IMG/VR virus record: IMGVR_UViG_2510065010_000001
Location: 64,001-128,000 of that record
Origin: a virus
Lineage: Duplodnaviria; Caudoviricetes
Reading direction: 5' to 3' (one strand)
DNA: 64,000 bases
Of the stretch, positions 25,922 through 37,027 are shown piece after piece (positions within the stretch are counted from its first letter, which is position 1; every line of letters starts with the position of its first letter). The notes below the pieces were generated by a model. The model worked only from the letters and a program-made list of their open reading frames with translations, made no database searches and was not told the origin of the DNA. Made by a program: the position numbers and the translations under genes.

Positions 25922-28900
25922 ATGAACGAAGATTTAGATATTGAACTAGAGAAGGAGGAGGAAAGTTCTGTACGACCGACAGATGAAAGTGCTATTGAAA
26001 CGGAATCGCCTGCCAGTCGTTTTGTAAATGACTTTGAGGATACTCTTAAAACCGGAGATCCCTTTAGACTTGTTCAACGTGTAGCTCGGACAAGCACAGA
26101 AGTTTTAGCAGATGCTAAACCAGACTCGCGCTCTGGGTTGTTCCCCCTTTCTCAGTCTGCTAACCAAGCAATGCAGTCGATGGGAGAGCGTGTTGTTCAA
26201 TCTGCTCTTTCCACAGAGCAACCATCAAGACTTCGGATTTCAGGTACACAAACTTCTCGTCTGCAAGGTTTTACATCTAGAGCACTTGCATCTGATTACC
26301 AATCTTTATTGGAACGTCCAGGTGAGTTTAAGGCTACTTTTTTCCAGTTTCAACAAGAGTCCGTTGTTAGCTCATTATTAAAAAGAACAGACCCAACAAC
26401 TTTAATAACACAGAGAGCAGCCTTTACCAGTCCTCGCGCAGATCAAACTACTGCTGAAATTTTACTCGGCAACGAACTCACCTATGCTGCTGGGGCTGCA
26501 TTAAGATTGCCTACGCACAACGTGTTAGGTGTTCAATCTTATGCATCTTTTCACCCTAAAGTAGGCTATGTCGGGGACTCCCAAAAAGGATTCACTGCAT
26601 TCCTGGGAACTCAAAATATTACTCCGGCGTTACAGGGTAACAACTCTCTTGAAACGTTGATGACTTTCACGACACCAGGAACCAGAGCAGTTACTACTAG
26701 CCCTACATCTTTTGTAGAACAGAGTATTGCTCAAGAAATTTATCAGCTGACAAACTCAATCTCCGACTTGGCTAACCAGGAAGGAGTTTACCGTCCAGGA
26801 CAACTTAGACGTTATCTCACACAAAACCAAGTGCAAAGAAATTTTTTGTATGTGGAGCAAGAGATTCATCAACGTATTACCCAAGCTCTGACTGCTGCTG
26901 CATTTAACGCTGCTTCGAAAAAAGACAAAGTTGTAATCAGCATGGGTGAGATTTCACTCTTATTAAAACAGTCTAAAAACTCCACGTCTCTGCTTCAGGC
27001 GATCGCTCAACTCGCTAGAGAGAACAGGCTAAACATTATTACGGACAGTAAACGGGTTAATAACTTCTTCGATGAGTTACGGTCAAACCCGGTACTATCA
27101 CATAACCGTGCTCTAGTAGACTTGTTGCTTCAGACAGGTTCACTTAAAGTTGCAACTACTGGTTACCAGCATGACAAAACTGTTGCCATTTTTGGAGAGA
27201 GTAATCAGCTTCGCTTCTTTAACGTTGGTTCTGCAAACTTTTCTGCCGATTCTATGACGGCAGTTAAAGACCTTGGAGCCAATCGCGAATACTTTGATAG
27301 TGCTCTGGCTATTCTCAAACAGCAACCGAATTCATTTGACAACAACGCTCCACTAAACCTAGATGTAAACTTAATGCTAGGTAGTGGACCGTATGCAGAC
27401 AATCTCAGAGCAGCCCCGGCTGCTGAAGCATATCTTAAGCATTTAGCTCCACAACTGTATAACCATTACTCAAACTTGTCTGCAGGTTGGTTGCAATCTA
27501 GAACTATTTATCACACAGGTTATTTAGCTGAACGGCGTGCTGATCCAACTAAAGTAGAACAACTTAGGCAAGGTCTTGAAGTACTGTCTCAAGAATTAGG
27601 TGGGTTACTAGAAGTAACTGGACGTTACTCGACTGACCAGGGTAAAGCTACCCAAGTCGGGTTAACAGTTAGAGTTAAAGCACTTGGCTCTTCTTCTGTA
27701 CAAACAACCCTTAAATTAAGCGTTGACAGGTATGGCAACGTTATTTTACCTGAGACAAATAAAGTTATTCCTGGGTCTGTATTTGTCAACAAAACTTCAC
27801 AAGTAAGACGAGTAGTCGGAAGAGATGTAGCACCTGGCGCGTCTGCTCAATTAACGGGGGTAGAAACTGCTGTTGGTCTGATCGGTACTATCAGTCGAGA
27901 ACTGAGTTATCAGGCAAAGTTTGGAATTGTGGACACTCTTTTTGAGAGGATGGGAACGACTCAGTTCCAAACGCTTAAATCTGCGAGTCGAACACTTCTG
28001 GCAAAAAGTATTCAGGCATCAAATGAGGTTTTCAAAGGAAACCCACAACTTAATTTAGTGAGTCTCCTTTCTGCCTTAAATACTGATGAACTTGATGCTC
28101 AATTTGGACCTACATTATTAAATGCTCAACAGTTTTTAGCTACAGGTGACTCATCTTTACAGCTAACTGACAAGGAAAAACAGCAACGTTTTAAGGCGCT
28201 TCAATCTGTATTCTCAGAGTTTTCAGAACCTAGTAACTGGTACTCAGATAACGTAGATGATGTAGCTGCAAGACGCTTACTCCAAACACTATCAACAGAC
28301 ACTAAAGGTTTATTAACAGACCTTAAACTAGCTTTGGTTCTTTCTACTGAAGAGGGTAGAAGACAGTATCAAGCTATTCAGAATACGCAAGCACGTCGTT
28401 TAGTCCAGGATCTTACTGCTCCATTTCTAGCAGCGCATGAGTTAGGTTACTCAGCTATGCAAGGGCAAGCACGTTTGCCTATTTATGCTGAATCTGAGAT
28501 TTATGACACAAGTACTGCTTACGGAAAGGTATTAAACTCAGGGTTTCTAAACCCAGCTTTAGTAAAACCAGGTACTAAAGTTGGACAACCTGGACAGTAC
28601 TTTCGTCCAGTTGGTGCAACTTCCCATGCTAAAAAGTTGTCACTACCTGGATTTGGTAATATCCGCCAACTTAATATTATCGACGCTGATATATCCACGG
28701 GTGCGGCAGTTACCTATGACATTAAGAGACTTTTCTCATCAACGTCTGGTTTAGCCAGGATAGAAAAAGAGCAATACATTCAGCAAATGCACCAGGTGTT
28801 TAATAACCTGGGAATTGAAGCTCCAGTCATAGAAACAGATGAAGTACAATATCTGTTGCCTTTCACAAAAGCTGAACAGATACCTCAACGTTTGAAAAAT

Positions 28901-31900
28901 GTTGTTGGCTCACGCCCTGCTTTAGATGTAAACCCAGAGTTAGTGCGAAAGTTAAGGTCTCTTCAACAAGTTAAGCTTGGTGCTTCTTCTCTGTTAGCAG
29001 GTAGGTTGCGTGAGGTATTGCCGCAAACCCAATTTGAGGAGTTAGCAGCTAAAGCAACGCAGGACTTCGCTTCTGTTCAAGAATATTTTCGCTCGTCGGA
29101 GTTAGACCCACTTAACACACAACGTGGGTTTATCGGACCACGTTCGATGAAACGTGTGGCGATCGTGGGTGGTGTGTCTTTAATTGGGGATTCATCTTAT
29201 TTGAACTCTGGGTATGAACTGTACGCTGGTGATATGCAGCGCATGACTGTAAAAGTTTCTAGTCGCCAGGTCACAAACCAACTTCAGACTCAAGCATTAC
29301 TTTCCAAGTACCTTGCGCCCGGAACCACTATATTCAGTGCTCCTGTTACTCTTGCTGATAATGAGTCGTCTAGTTTACTAGCCGCATTACAACAATCTCT
29401 CGAAAGTACTGGGCAGGCAGTCACGGTTACCACGCTACAACGAGCTTTAGAAACTTATGAAAACGGTAAGTTCAAAAACGTTCTTGTCAAAAGGGATGGT
29501 TCCAGGTATCGACTTTACTATCAAGAAGGTCTTTACTCCCCAACAAAAGATGGGTACGAACGGATAGGGTCATTTGACAAAGATGGATTAATAACAGTTA
29601 GAGGCGTTGGTACGCAACAAGATACTTTGTGGGGTAGTCGTCACCAACCTATAACCTTAAAGTTTCAGGCGTTTAATAAACGGCACCAAGCTGGTATATC
29701 CGTTATCACTAGTGCCCCATCCATTCAAGTCTCGGATTCGGGCACAATGATTGTTTCAACAGATGTTTTAACAGTATGGGAACCTGGAACAGGGTCCAGA
29801 CCAACCGGAGCTGGTTTGGTAAAAGGACCATTCTCAGTTATTAAACCAGAGATCTTCAAAGATATTGATAAACTGGTTTCTCAGAGAACGTCCTTAAAAC
29901 CTCAAGCACTTGCCAATGAAAGTTTATATGGGTTATTTGGACACGGACATTTCAAAGGGTTTAACTACGAGACTGGATTATATTTACTTTCTCAGCAAGA
30001 TACTCGCGAAGCCGTTGCTCAGTTAAGCGGTCAACAAGTAGCCCAAAGTTTGTCTCTGCTATTTTTAGGTGACGAACAGATTAGGGCAGCGCTTCAAACT
30101 CAACTTAAATCGTCAGGGCTTGACCTAGCCGCTGACGCAATAAGTCACGTAAAAGCGACAGATTTTGCACAACTAAAAAACGGTAAACCTTCTACTGCAT
30201 TAGGTAGAGTTGCATTAGGTCTAACTTCTCTCTCAGATTTACCAACGGCTGCACAAGATGCATCAATAGGAAGTCTAGCCTCGGTCAAACAAACGGTACT
30301 TCGGGCATTACAGAACGATTCCCAAGCTATTCAAGTCTTAGAAACTCAGACTAGAAAATTAATCAATACCGTTATTAATTCCCCTGAGTCTGCAATTCAG
30401 TTCTCTTCAGGAGAAGTAGTTCTAAACGAAAGTAATTTGGTTGCTAGAGGCGCTGGATTACTCGCCCACTTGTCTTTCGTAGGACAGCAGTTATTTAATC
30501 CAGCTATTACGCCTGGTCGCTCAGTTAATAAACTTTACGAGCGAGATTTATCAGATGCTCAAAAGTATATTACAGATGTTGCCTACCGAAATGTAGTAGA
30601 TACGGTAGCTGCGACTGCGGGGATGAGTTTACCTGCTCCCTCTCCTAAAAATAGACAAGACATCCAGAGAAAGCTATCGCTTTTACAAGCAATGATTCAG
30701 AATGATGTCGTGATCGAAGACATCAAAGATATTACTGTTAGCCGATCGCTTGTGCCAACAGGCATGAAAGACGAAGCGGCTATGGAGTATCAATACCTTT
30801 TAGGTATGAGCAGTTCATATCTAAAAGCATTTACAAAAGTAGGAGGTGGATCTCAGGCAAGTCAAGAATTGCAATCTGCATTTGCGCGATTGTTAGGTTC
30901 ATTCAGAGTTGATTTGCCCTCTGCTAACGCACAGTTAGGCTATCGATTAGCCTTACCGGGAGAAGATAGCCAAGCATTTTTCTCAACACTTGCTCAAGAC
31001 ACACAATCGTTACTACTTTCTTACACAGAGTTAGGAGAGAAGTTAAATCTGGTTCAGTCTTCTATTGAGGAGGTTACGACAGCTAAAGGCAGTACAGCCT
31101 TGCGCCGTTTGCAACGCTTTCAGCGACTTGCAACAGGTATGACCGCTGACGGAACTTCTCAATTGGAAGCAAGAGCTATAGCTGCTAATAAACTTTTCAA
31201 CTTATCTTACTTTTCAGATCAAAAACCGGAAGACTCGAAAGCGGCAAAGCTGCAAGTCTCCCATTTAAGAAAGACCCTAAGTATCCAAAATACCTTTGCG
31301 CCTGGTGAATCTGCACTATCAATTACAACCCAGGTTGTTAGAAGAGCGTACCAGTCTTATCAAGAAGACCGATTCTTCCGTAAACAGAATGGTCAAATAC
31401 AAACAAGCTTCCAAAGCTTTGTATCTGAAGGTTCAGGTGGACGAGTTGCTCAGGCATTGGAAGAAAAATACGGTTTAATAACGGAACTAGCACAGGATTC
31501 ATTTCGTATCCCTGGTGTTCCGCTCACGGATGATACTGCAATTCTTGACACTAGGATTGCACAACGAATCCAACGAATTAATGAACGGTCATTAAATTCG
31601 ATTCAGAACGCTTACGACACATCTATATATAAGGAATTTGTTCAAGGTGCTCTCAATCTTGAAAGTAAACTTCAAGTTCAAGCAGCAAACGATCGCTCAA
31701 ATCAAGTAAGTCGTGTTCTTCAAGAAATACAAAACACTAAGCAGGTTATCTTACCTCAATTTACGGCTGAAGCAATAACCGAAGGGGAAAATGTAGGACG
31801 CTACCGACTTAAGATGCTTGACCCTGGTGAATACGATCCAACGGTAGGAGTCATGATGGGTACTGACATCCTTCGTCGTGCTCCTCTTTTATTCCCACAA

Positions 31901-34900
31901 TATACAGATGAGGCGTTGCGTTATCAGGTTGAGCTTCGACAAAAACTGCTTGAAACCAGTAAAGTCCGAGAGCAGTTGTTGAACCCAGGAGCTACTGTTT
32001 CTGAAAAGCAACTCCGGCAACTGCAAGATTTACAAGAGACTTTAGAAGGGAGTAGAGCTTCAACTTTACGTTTGCTAGACACAGACTTCACCCGCAAAGC
32101 GTTGGGCGATCGCCAGCAATTTGAAGGGACAGTAGGTATCGCAATAGGTTCTTTTGCACTTGATGCGACAGAAGCGGTATTGGGACAAAGGTACAACGCA
32201 TTAGGTTCAACCCGAAATACTTTAGCTGTCGTTGAAAACCAATTTCGTTTAGTAGAGATGGCACTTAACAGGTCTTCTAAAACAAGTGCAGTTCCAGCTG
32301 AACTACAGCAAACGTTAACTAACACCTATGAGTTGACTCGTGCATTAGGTTATAGAACAAATGAAGATCAGGTAAACCAGCAATTCCAGACAGCTCTTGA
32401 AGCTGCAGAGCGTAAAACATTAACTCGTCAACAACTTGCAGATCTGAGGGTCCAAACGTTAAGTGCTTTAGCAAACATTCCGGCTGAAAGAGTACAGCAA
32501 ACATCTCCAAATGACCTCGACAAGTTATTAAACTTGTCGTCCGGGTCTATCCGTCGAGGTGGTGCCCCCGCTGGCTCTGCCGCTTTAACTGCAGATTCTA
32601 ACTTTTATGATGTACTTGATGTTCAGTCACTACAAGCGAGACTCACTAATGAAGGCAGTGGTTTAATACCTGAGTCTGAACGTTTCAAGACAGGAATGCA
32701 GGTACCAGCAGTTGGTAGGTTGCTAGCCATGTTAGGTGACTTTGATGGAGATGCTTATCAGTTTTTATTAACTGGAGTAGGTGACCATGCATCTCAACTT
32801 TCTCATTTACAGAGAGCAACTCTGCAATTAGGTCAAAAGTTGGGATTTCTCGATAGACAAATTAATCAGACCAATACTCAAGAGTTGCAGCAAGAGCGTC
32901 AAGCGGTTCAACAGCAGTTTAACGAAGTTAGTCAACAACTTTCTGAACAAGTACAGAAGGTATCTCAGTTTTCTAGCAATATAGACCGCACTCAAAACAG
33001 AGCGTTAAAAGATGTCCGTAAATGGGTTGGATCTTATCTAGCTTTACCTGACTTTATCACTGATGAACAGAGTTCTCTCTCAACTGGAACTCTGATGAGC
33101 ATGGTTCAGCAAATGAGTGGAACTATGCCACAAATTGAAGATGCTGCACATCATATTAAATATGCGGAAGAACATCTCAGTTTATTAACTAGTGCTTTTG
33201 GTTCGTCAGACTCTCTTACGTCTGACCAGTCGGACCCGTCTAATCCTCAAACTCGAAGTAAAATAAACCAACTTCTCCAACAGAATAACTCTCTTTCAGC
33301 ATCAATGGTCGAGGGAGTTCTTCGTTACGCTAACCAACAAGAGTCTTTCACTTCAGAAGCATTTGAGTCATCAGCTCGTACTTATCTTGCTCTCCAATCA
33401 AATTTGTCTATGACTTTTGAGCAAGTTAATAAATCGATGAAGAAAGCTTCTGGTCTTATTCTCAACCCATTCGATTTTGAAGGATTGCAAGGTGTTATAG
33501 GTCAGGCGGGGACTGAACTAATCGGAAAGACGTACAACGTTTTAGTTCCGTTGCTTGACCAAACAATGTTGGACCAGGCGCTTGTAACTAGTTTGCAAAC
33601 TACAGGACAGTCTTCGTTTAGGTCTGTTATTGACCAAAACTTACAGGCGATGGCTCAAGAATCAACAATTGAAGAAGCAACAGAAATCAATAAACTACGA
33701 CGCAAGCTACTGACAGAAGACCATCAAGGTTTGCAGCAGCAACTTTCAGCTAGATTTAGTGCCGTAACAGGTACTCTTGCTTCTCTCCAACAAATAATTC
33801 GAGATGCTCTGAAAGAAAAATCAGATAAAGGAATTATTAATGTTTTGCGAGAGGCATCCTACGAGGGTAAACCTCTAGCAGAAGCATTAGAAACTGTTGA
33901 AGCTGACTCCCCATTAGAGGCGGATAAAAGAAGAAGTCAGATTCTTAAACAGGCAGTAATGACTCGTATTGGTCCAAACTTGGGAATTGGTTCTGATTCT
34001 CAGGACTATGGTATTACTGGATTTGGAGCTTTATTAAAGCTTTCTGAATTTGCTATGACAGATTCAGATGAGCAGCTGTATGAAAAATTTGTAACAGAAC
34101 CCGGTCTTGAAGATACATATCGTCAGCAAATTAAAGAAGGCAAAGTAAGTAGCGTTAGTGAATTTGCTGCCTCCCAAGTTTTATCTTTAGTAGAAAGAGC
34201 ACAGGCTTCGTTTATTTCAGGGACCTTTTCTTCGTCTACACAAGAGACATTAATAAATCAATTTAGACAGTTTCATAACGATGCTGACCAGTCAAAACTT
34301 TCTCCGGTGAACCATCAGATTTATCAAGTAATCGATGAGTACGAGCAGCAACGACAACAGCTTAGTGACAATTCTGAACTCACTAGACTTAATAACCGTC
34401 TATTGCAAGATACAACCCTAATTCAAATCCAACATCGTAATAAAGAGCAGCAAGTACTTTCTACGAATCAGTTACAGAACCTCCGAGAATTTTATCTAGA
34501 GTCTCAGAAAGTCAGATTTGATGACGGAGACGTTTACTCTAGAATGCTTGGTGCAAACGTTGATACCTACAATTCCTTTTTGAGAATGCTTCAAAGAGGA
34601 CAACAACCTACTGCTCAAGATGCCCTTTATCTTGCAGAGTATAAAATTAATGCTTTGTCAAACATCTATGATGACGAAGCTAATTTAGCGCCTGCTGATC
34701 AGATGAGAGTGGCAAGGTTGATGGGGCTTCGGGCTGGCAGCGGGTTTATATCAGACAGAGAGCAAGCATATCTCGCACAAGCTCTTACCAGAACTTCAAA
34801 AGGTGGAGTGAGTGGCTTACAGTCGCTCCAGTCTAGTACAGCTGCAATGACCCAAGGAGTTTTTCCATTAATTGATGAGTTAGAAAAAGAATTCGAATCA

Positions 34901-35857
34901 CCTACACAAGACCGAGCTGATGTTTTACGACAGCAACTAGCCGGACTTTATGAGTATGGAGTTAATGTTGACAAGTTACAAGAAGTTGGGGTTATTAAAA
35001 CTCCCCACTCTGTAGAACAGACACAAAGACTAGCTCAATCTGCTAGTGAACAACTTAATAAACTAATCTCTCCAGTCGAGGAGCTGGGAGAACGTCCCAT
35101 AGCTCATTCAATCTTGCAACCGGACTCAAGGTTAGAAGCATTAGGGTTATTTGTCGCTCCAGCTTTATTAGCCTTAGCAGGTTCCGATGTCAAATTAGAT
35201 GATCGGGTTGGAATGTTCACCCTAGACGTTTTGCAAGCAACAGCAACTCTAACTAGTAGGTCTGATACTTTAACAGCACAGTTAGCAGGTGGTTCTGCAT
35301 CGTCAAAGGCTGCATTTAATTTTTCTGCAGGACGAGTTCGACAATCTTTAGAGACTGAAGGGTTAGCCGTAGGTGCTGTGCAAGGGCTAATACAAGAGGG
35401 TGTTTTTCAAGGTATTAGTCGAGCTGCCTATTCAACAATTGACCATTTTGCAAACAAATTACCTGGGGGTAAAACAAAAGCAGGTAATGCTATAGCGACT
35501 GTAGCGGCTGAAGCTTTGTCAACAGTTTTATCTTTAGGAATCTCTCGCGCCGTAACAAAACAGCAAACTCGTGGAGAAGAATTTGTCCCAGATCGTATTG
35601 GAGATATTCTGAAAAATGTTACGGAGCAGATCTGGCAAATGGTAGAACAGGCACAGTTAGCAATGTCAGATCCAAATTATGAAGTGTTAGATACTACAGA
35701 AAACCAAAGTATGAACTTTGAAGTTAGTGCTGTTCCTTCCCAGTTTGAACAAGACATTCAATCCGGTTTAATTGTTTTAGATGAAGAAGGTAACCAAATT
35801 GCTACTGAGTTTGAGTCTAGCTCTTCTGAACAAGTTCAACTAGCTGGAAGTTTCTAA
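25922..35857 (+). CDS. giant protein: tandem PLD (HxK) domain plus single-chain two-barrel RNA polymerase; putative virion RNAP
   Basis: HPK..GTQN (~aa 211) and HDK..GSANFS (~aa 417); IGDSSY (~aa 1090) and GSRPTGAGLVKG (~aa 1291) beta-like motifs; RRGGAP (~aa 2211) and MLGDFDGD (~aa 2273, nt 32738-32752). Confidence 0.78.
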   Translation: MNEDLDIELEKEEESSVRPTDESAIETESPASRFVNDFEDTLKTGDPFRLVQRVARTSTEVLADAKPDSRSGLFPLSQSANQAMQSMGERVVQSALSTEQPSRLRISGTQTSRLQGFTSRALASDYQSLLERPGEFKATFFQFQQESVVSSLLKRTDPTTLITQRAAFTSPRADQTTAEILLGNELTYAAGAALRLPTHNVLGVQSYASFHPKVGYVGDSQKGFTAFLGTQNITPALQGNNSLETLMTFTTPGTRAVTTSPTSFVEQSIAQEIYQLTNSISDLANQEGVYRPGQLRRYLTQNQVQRNFLYVEQEIHQRITQALTAAAFNAASKKDKVVISMGEISLLLKQSKNSTSLLQAIAQLARENRLNIITDSKRVNNFFDELRSNPVLSHNRALVDLLLQTGSLKVATTGYQHDKTVAIFGESNQLRFFNVGSANFSADSMTAVKDLGANREYFDSALAILKQQPNSFDNNAPLNLDVNLMLGSGPYADNLRAAPAAEAYLKHLAPQLYNHYSNLSAGWLQSRTIYHTGYLAERRADPTKVEQLRQGLEVLSQELGGLLEVTGRYSTDQGKATQVGLTVRVKALGSSSVQTTLKLSVDRYGNVILPETNKVIPGSVFVNKTSQVRRVVGRDVAPGASAQLTGVETAVGLIGTISRELSYQAKFGIVDTLFERMGTTQFQTLKSASRTLLAKSIQASNEVFKGNPQLNLVSLLSALNTDELDAQFGPTLLNAQQFLATGDSSLQLTDKEKQQRFKALQSVFSEFSEPSNWYSDNVDDVAARRLLQTLSTDTKGLLTDLKLALVLSTEEGRRQYQAIQNTQARRLVQDLTAPFLAAHELGYSAMQGQARLPIYAESEIYDTSTAYGKVLNSGFLNPALVKPGTKVGQPGQYFRPVGATSHAKKLSLPGFGNIRQLNIIDADISTGAAVTYDIKRLFSSTSGLARIEKEQYIQQMHQVFNNLGIEAPVIETDEVQYLLPFTKAEQIPQRLKNVVGSRPALDVNPELVRKLRSLQQVKLGASSLLAGRLREVLPQTQFEELAAKATQDFASVQEYFRSSELDPLNTQRGFIGPRSMKRVAIVGGVSLIGDSSYLNSGYELYAGDMQRMTVKVSSRQVTNQLQTQALLSKYLAPGTTIFSAPVTLADNESSSLLAALQQSLESTGQAVTVTTLQRALETYENGKFKNVLVKRDGSRYRLYYQEGLYSPTKDGYERIGSFDKDGLITVRGVGTQQDTLWGSRHQPITLKFQAFNKRHQAGISVITSAPSIQVSDSGTMIVSTDVLTVWEPGTGSRPTGAGLVKGPFSVIKPEIFKDIDKLVSQRTSLKPQALANESLYGLFGHGHFKGFNYETGLYLLSQQDTREAVAQLSGQQVAQSLSLLFLGDEQIRAALQTQLKSSGLDLAADAISHVKATDFAQLKNGKPSTALGRVALGLTSLSDLPTAAQDASIGSLASVKQTVLRALQNDSQAIQVLETQTRKLINTVINSPESAIQFSSGEVVLNESNLVARGAGLLAHLSFVGQQLFNPAITPGRSVNKLYERDLSDAQKYITDVAYRNVVDTVAATAGMSLPAPSPKNRQDIQRKLSLLQAMIQNDVVIEDIKDITVSRSLVPTGMKDEAAMEYQYLLGMSSSYLKAFTKVGGGSQASQELQSAFARLLGSFRVDLPSANAQLGYRLALPGEDSQAFFSTLAQDTQSLLLSYTELGEKLNLVQSSIEEVTTAKGSTALRRLQRFQRLATGMTADGTSQLEARAIAANKLFNLSYFSDQKPEDSKAAKLQVSHLRKTLSIQNTFAPGESALSITTQVVRRAYQSYQEDRFFRKQNGQIQTSFQSFVSEGSGGRVAQALEEKYGLITELAQDSFRIPGVPLTDDTAILDTRIAQRIQRINERSLNSIQNAYDTSIYKEFVQGALNLESKLQVQAANDRSNQVSRVLQEIQNTKQVILPQFTAEAITEGENVGRYRLKMLDPGEYDPTVGVMMGTDILRRAPLLFPQYTDEALRYQVELRQKLLETSKVREQLLNPGATVSEKQLRQLQDLQETLEGSRASTLRLLDTDFTRKALGDRQQFEGTVGIAIGSFALDATEAVLGQRYNALGSTRNTLAVVENQFRLVEMALNRSSKTSAVPAELQQTLTNTYELTRALGYRTNEDQVNQQFQTALEAAERKTLTRQQLADLRVQTLSALANIPAERVQQTSPNDLDKLLNLSSGSIRRGGAPAGSAALTADSNFYDVLDVQSLQARLTNEGSGLIPESERFKTGMQVPAVGRLLAMLGDFDGDAYQFLLTGVGDHASQLSHLQRATLQLGQKLGFLDRQINQTNTQELQQERQAVQQQFNEVSQQLSEQVQKVSQFSSNIDRTQNRALKDVRKWVGSYLALPDFITDEQSSLSTGTLMSMVQQMSGTMPQIEDAAHHIKYAEEHLSLLTSAFGSSDSLTSDQSDPSNPQTRSKINQLLQQNNSLSASMVEGVLRYANQQESFTSEAFESSARTYLALQSNLSMTFEQVNKSMKKASGLILNPFDFEGLQGVIGQAGTELIGKTYNVLVPLLDQTMLDQALVTSLQTTGQSSFRSVIDQNLQAMAQESTIEEATEINKLRRKLLTEDHQGLQQQLSARFSAVTGTLASLQQIIRDALKEKSDKGIINVLREASYEGKPLAEALETVEADSPLEADKRRSQILKQAVMTRIGPNLGIGSDSQDYGITGFGALLKLSEFAMTDSDEQLYEKFVTEPGLEDTYRQQIKEGKVSSVSEFAASQVLSLVERAQASFISGTFSSSTQETLINQFRQFHNDADQSKLSPVNHQIYQVIDEYEQQRQQLSDNSELTRLNNRLLQDTTLIQIQHRNKEQQVLSTNQLQNLREFYLESQKVRFDDGDVYSRMLGANVDTYNSFLRMLQRGQQPTAQDALYLAEYKINALSNIYDDEANLAPADQMRVARLMGLRAGSGFISDREQAYLAQALTRTSKGGVSGLQSLQSSTAAMTQGVFPLIDELEKEFESPTQDRADVLRQQLAGLYEYGVNVDKLQEVGVIKTPHSVEQTQRLAQSASEQLNKLISPVEELGERPIAHSILQPDSRLEALGLFVAPALLALAGSDVKLDDRVGMFTLDVLQATATLTSRSDTLTAQLAGGSASSKAAFNFSAGRVRQSLETEGLAVGAVQGLIQEGVFQGISRAAYSTIDHFANKLPGGKTKAGNAIATVAAEALSTVLSLGISRAVTKQQTRGEEFVPDRIGDILKNVTEQIWQMVEQAQLAMSDPNYEVLDTTENQSMNFEVSAVPSQFEQDIQSGLIVLDEEGNQIATEFESSSSEQVQLAGSF

Positions 35858-35932
35858 GGTTTTCTTATTAATAGTTGGACACCGTAATGCTCTAGTTTTC
35901 AGTAAGTATGTTAGTAGATTTTAGCTTCACAT

Positions 35933-36481
35933 ATGTCGAAATCTTCTACTGACAAATTATATCCAAAAGTTTTGCTGCACCACTTATGTGCAATTTCACC
36001 GTATGGTGATCCTTTCGATTTAGAGCGATTTTTGCCCCATCTTAATGAGGCTATGAACGAGTTTGGTATTAACACGCGGTTAAGACAATCTCACTTTTTG
36101 GCACAGATAGCTTACGAAAGTGAAGACTTTGCAAAAACCGAAGGGGGTGATTTTTACTCAGAAGAAGATCTAGGTAATGTTTACCCAGGAGATGAAGAAA
36201 TATTTGCTCCAAGGGGTTTAATAAAATTTTCTGGACGCACCGCCTATGAAGAATTATCTGAAGTTCTGGATGAAAATTTATTAGTTCACCCGCAACGGTT
36301 AGCTGATGAAGATGTTGCTTCTAGAAGTGCCGGGTGGTTTTGGCAAAGAGAAGAGCTAAATTATTCAGCTGATTCCAATGACTTTGACGGTATTGTAAAA
36401 ACCCTTAATCACTTAGATGGGGGTTATGGAGAAAGACGGAAAAAGTTAAACGAAGCAAAGAAAGTTTTTAACATTCAGTGA
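35933..36481 (+). CDS. glycoside hydrolase family 19-like endolysin (divergent)
   Basis: FGINTRLRQSHFLAQIAYES, LGN..PGD, RGLI..SGR.AY, SAGWFW. Confidence 0.8.
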   Translation: MSKSSTDKLYPKVLLHHLCAISPYGDPFDLERFLPHLNEAMNEFGINTRLRQSHFLAQIAYESEDFAKTEGGDFYSEEDLGNVYPGDEEIFAPRGLIKFSGRTAYEELSEVLDENLLVHPQRLADEDVASRSAGWFWQREELNYSADSNDFDGIVKTLNHLDGGYGERRKKLNEAKKVFNIQ

Positions 36482-36505
36482 ACTTAAGCTATAACCCGGT
36501 TTAAG

Positions 36506-36517
36506 TTGAGCACTCAA
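36506..36517 (+). promoter_or_regulatory. copy of recurrent TTGARCA motif (candidate late promoter)
   Basis: TTGAGCACTCAA about 60 bp before the ATG; similar copies at 37048, 40449, 49291 and 35875. Confidence 0.45.
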
Positions 36518-36564
36518 TCAGCTACTTCTACCTATAACTTGGCTATGTAGCGCTACTTAGTTTA

Positions 36565-36960
36565 ATGAGTATTCCAGAGAAATTATTTGTTGGTTCGATT
36601 GTAGTGGGTTGGGCAGCAGAGCTTGTTAACCTGTCTTTATCTCACTTTAAGTACAAAAAATTCTTGCCTTACCTGCACAAAATTTTTGTACTAATTGATC
36701 CGATTATCAAATCGAATCTTCCTCATATGTCTTCTAATGACGTGTACAGTTTAGTAGAAAAGGCTGCGATTGCAGTTGCAGACGAAACTTTGTCTCCCAA
36801 AGAAATCTCAGAGTTGGTTTCTACCGTTCTAAAAACTTTCAAGGTTGACTTAGCTGCTAACTCTAACGTTGTAACTCAGACAGACAAACCAATCTCAACA
36901 CAAATTGATGAAGCAATAGACAGATATAAGAACTCTGCAAAAGAGTTATTTAGCTCTTAA
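36565..36960 (+). CDS. membrane-anchored protein, possible holin
   Basis: N-terminal hydrophobic segment; follows the lysin. Confidence 0.5.
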   Translation: MSIPEKLFVGSIVVGWAAELVNLSLSHFKYKKFLPYLHKIFVLIDPIIKSNLPHMSSNDVYSLVEKAAIAVADETLSPKEISELVSTVLKTFKVDLAANSNVVTQTDKPISTQIDEAIDRYKNSAKELFSS

Positions 36961-37002
36961 AAAAGTCAAGTTGAACTCTACACATAGCAAAGGTTGAATT
37001 AG

Positions 37003-37027
37003 AACCGGGGTCTGTTCCCCGGTTTTT
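37003..37027 (+). terminator. intrinsic terminator
   Basis: AACCGGGG-TCTGTT-CCCCGGTTTTT. Confidence 0.75.
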
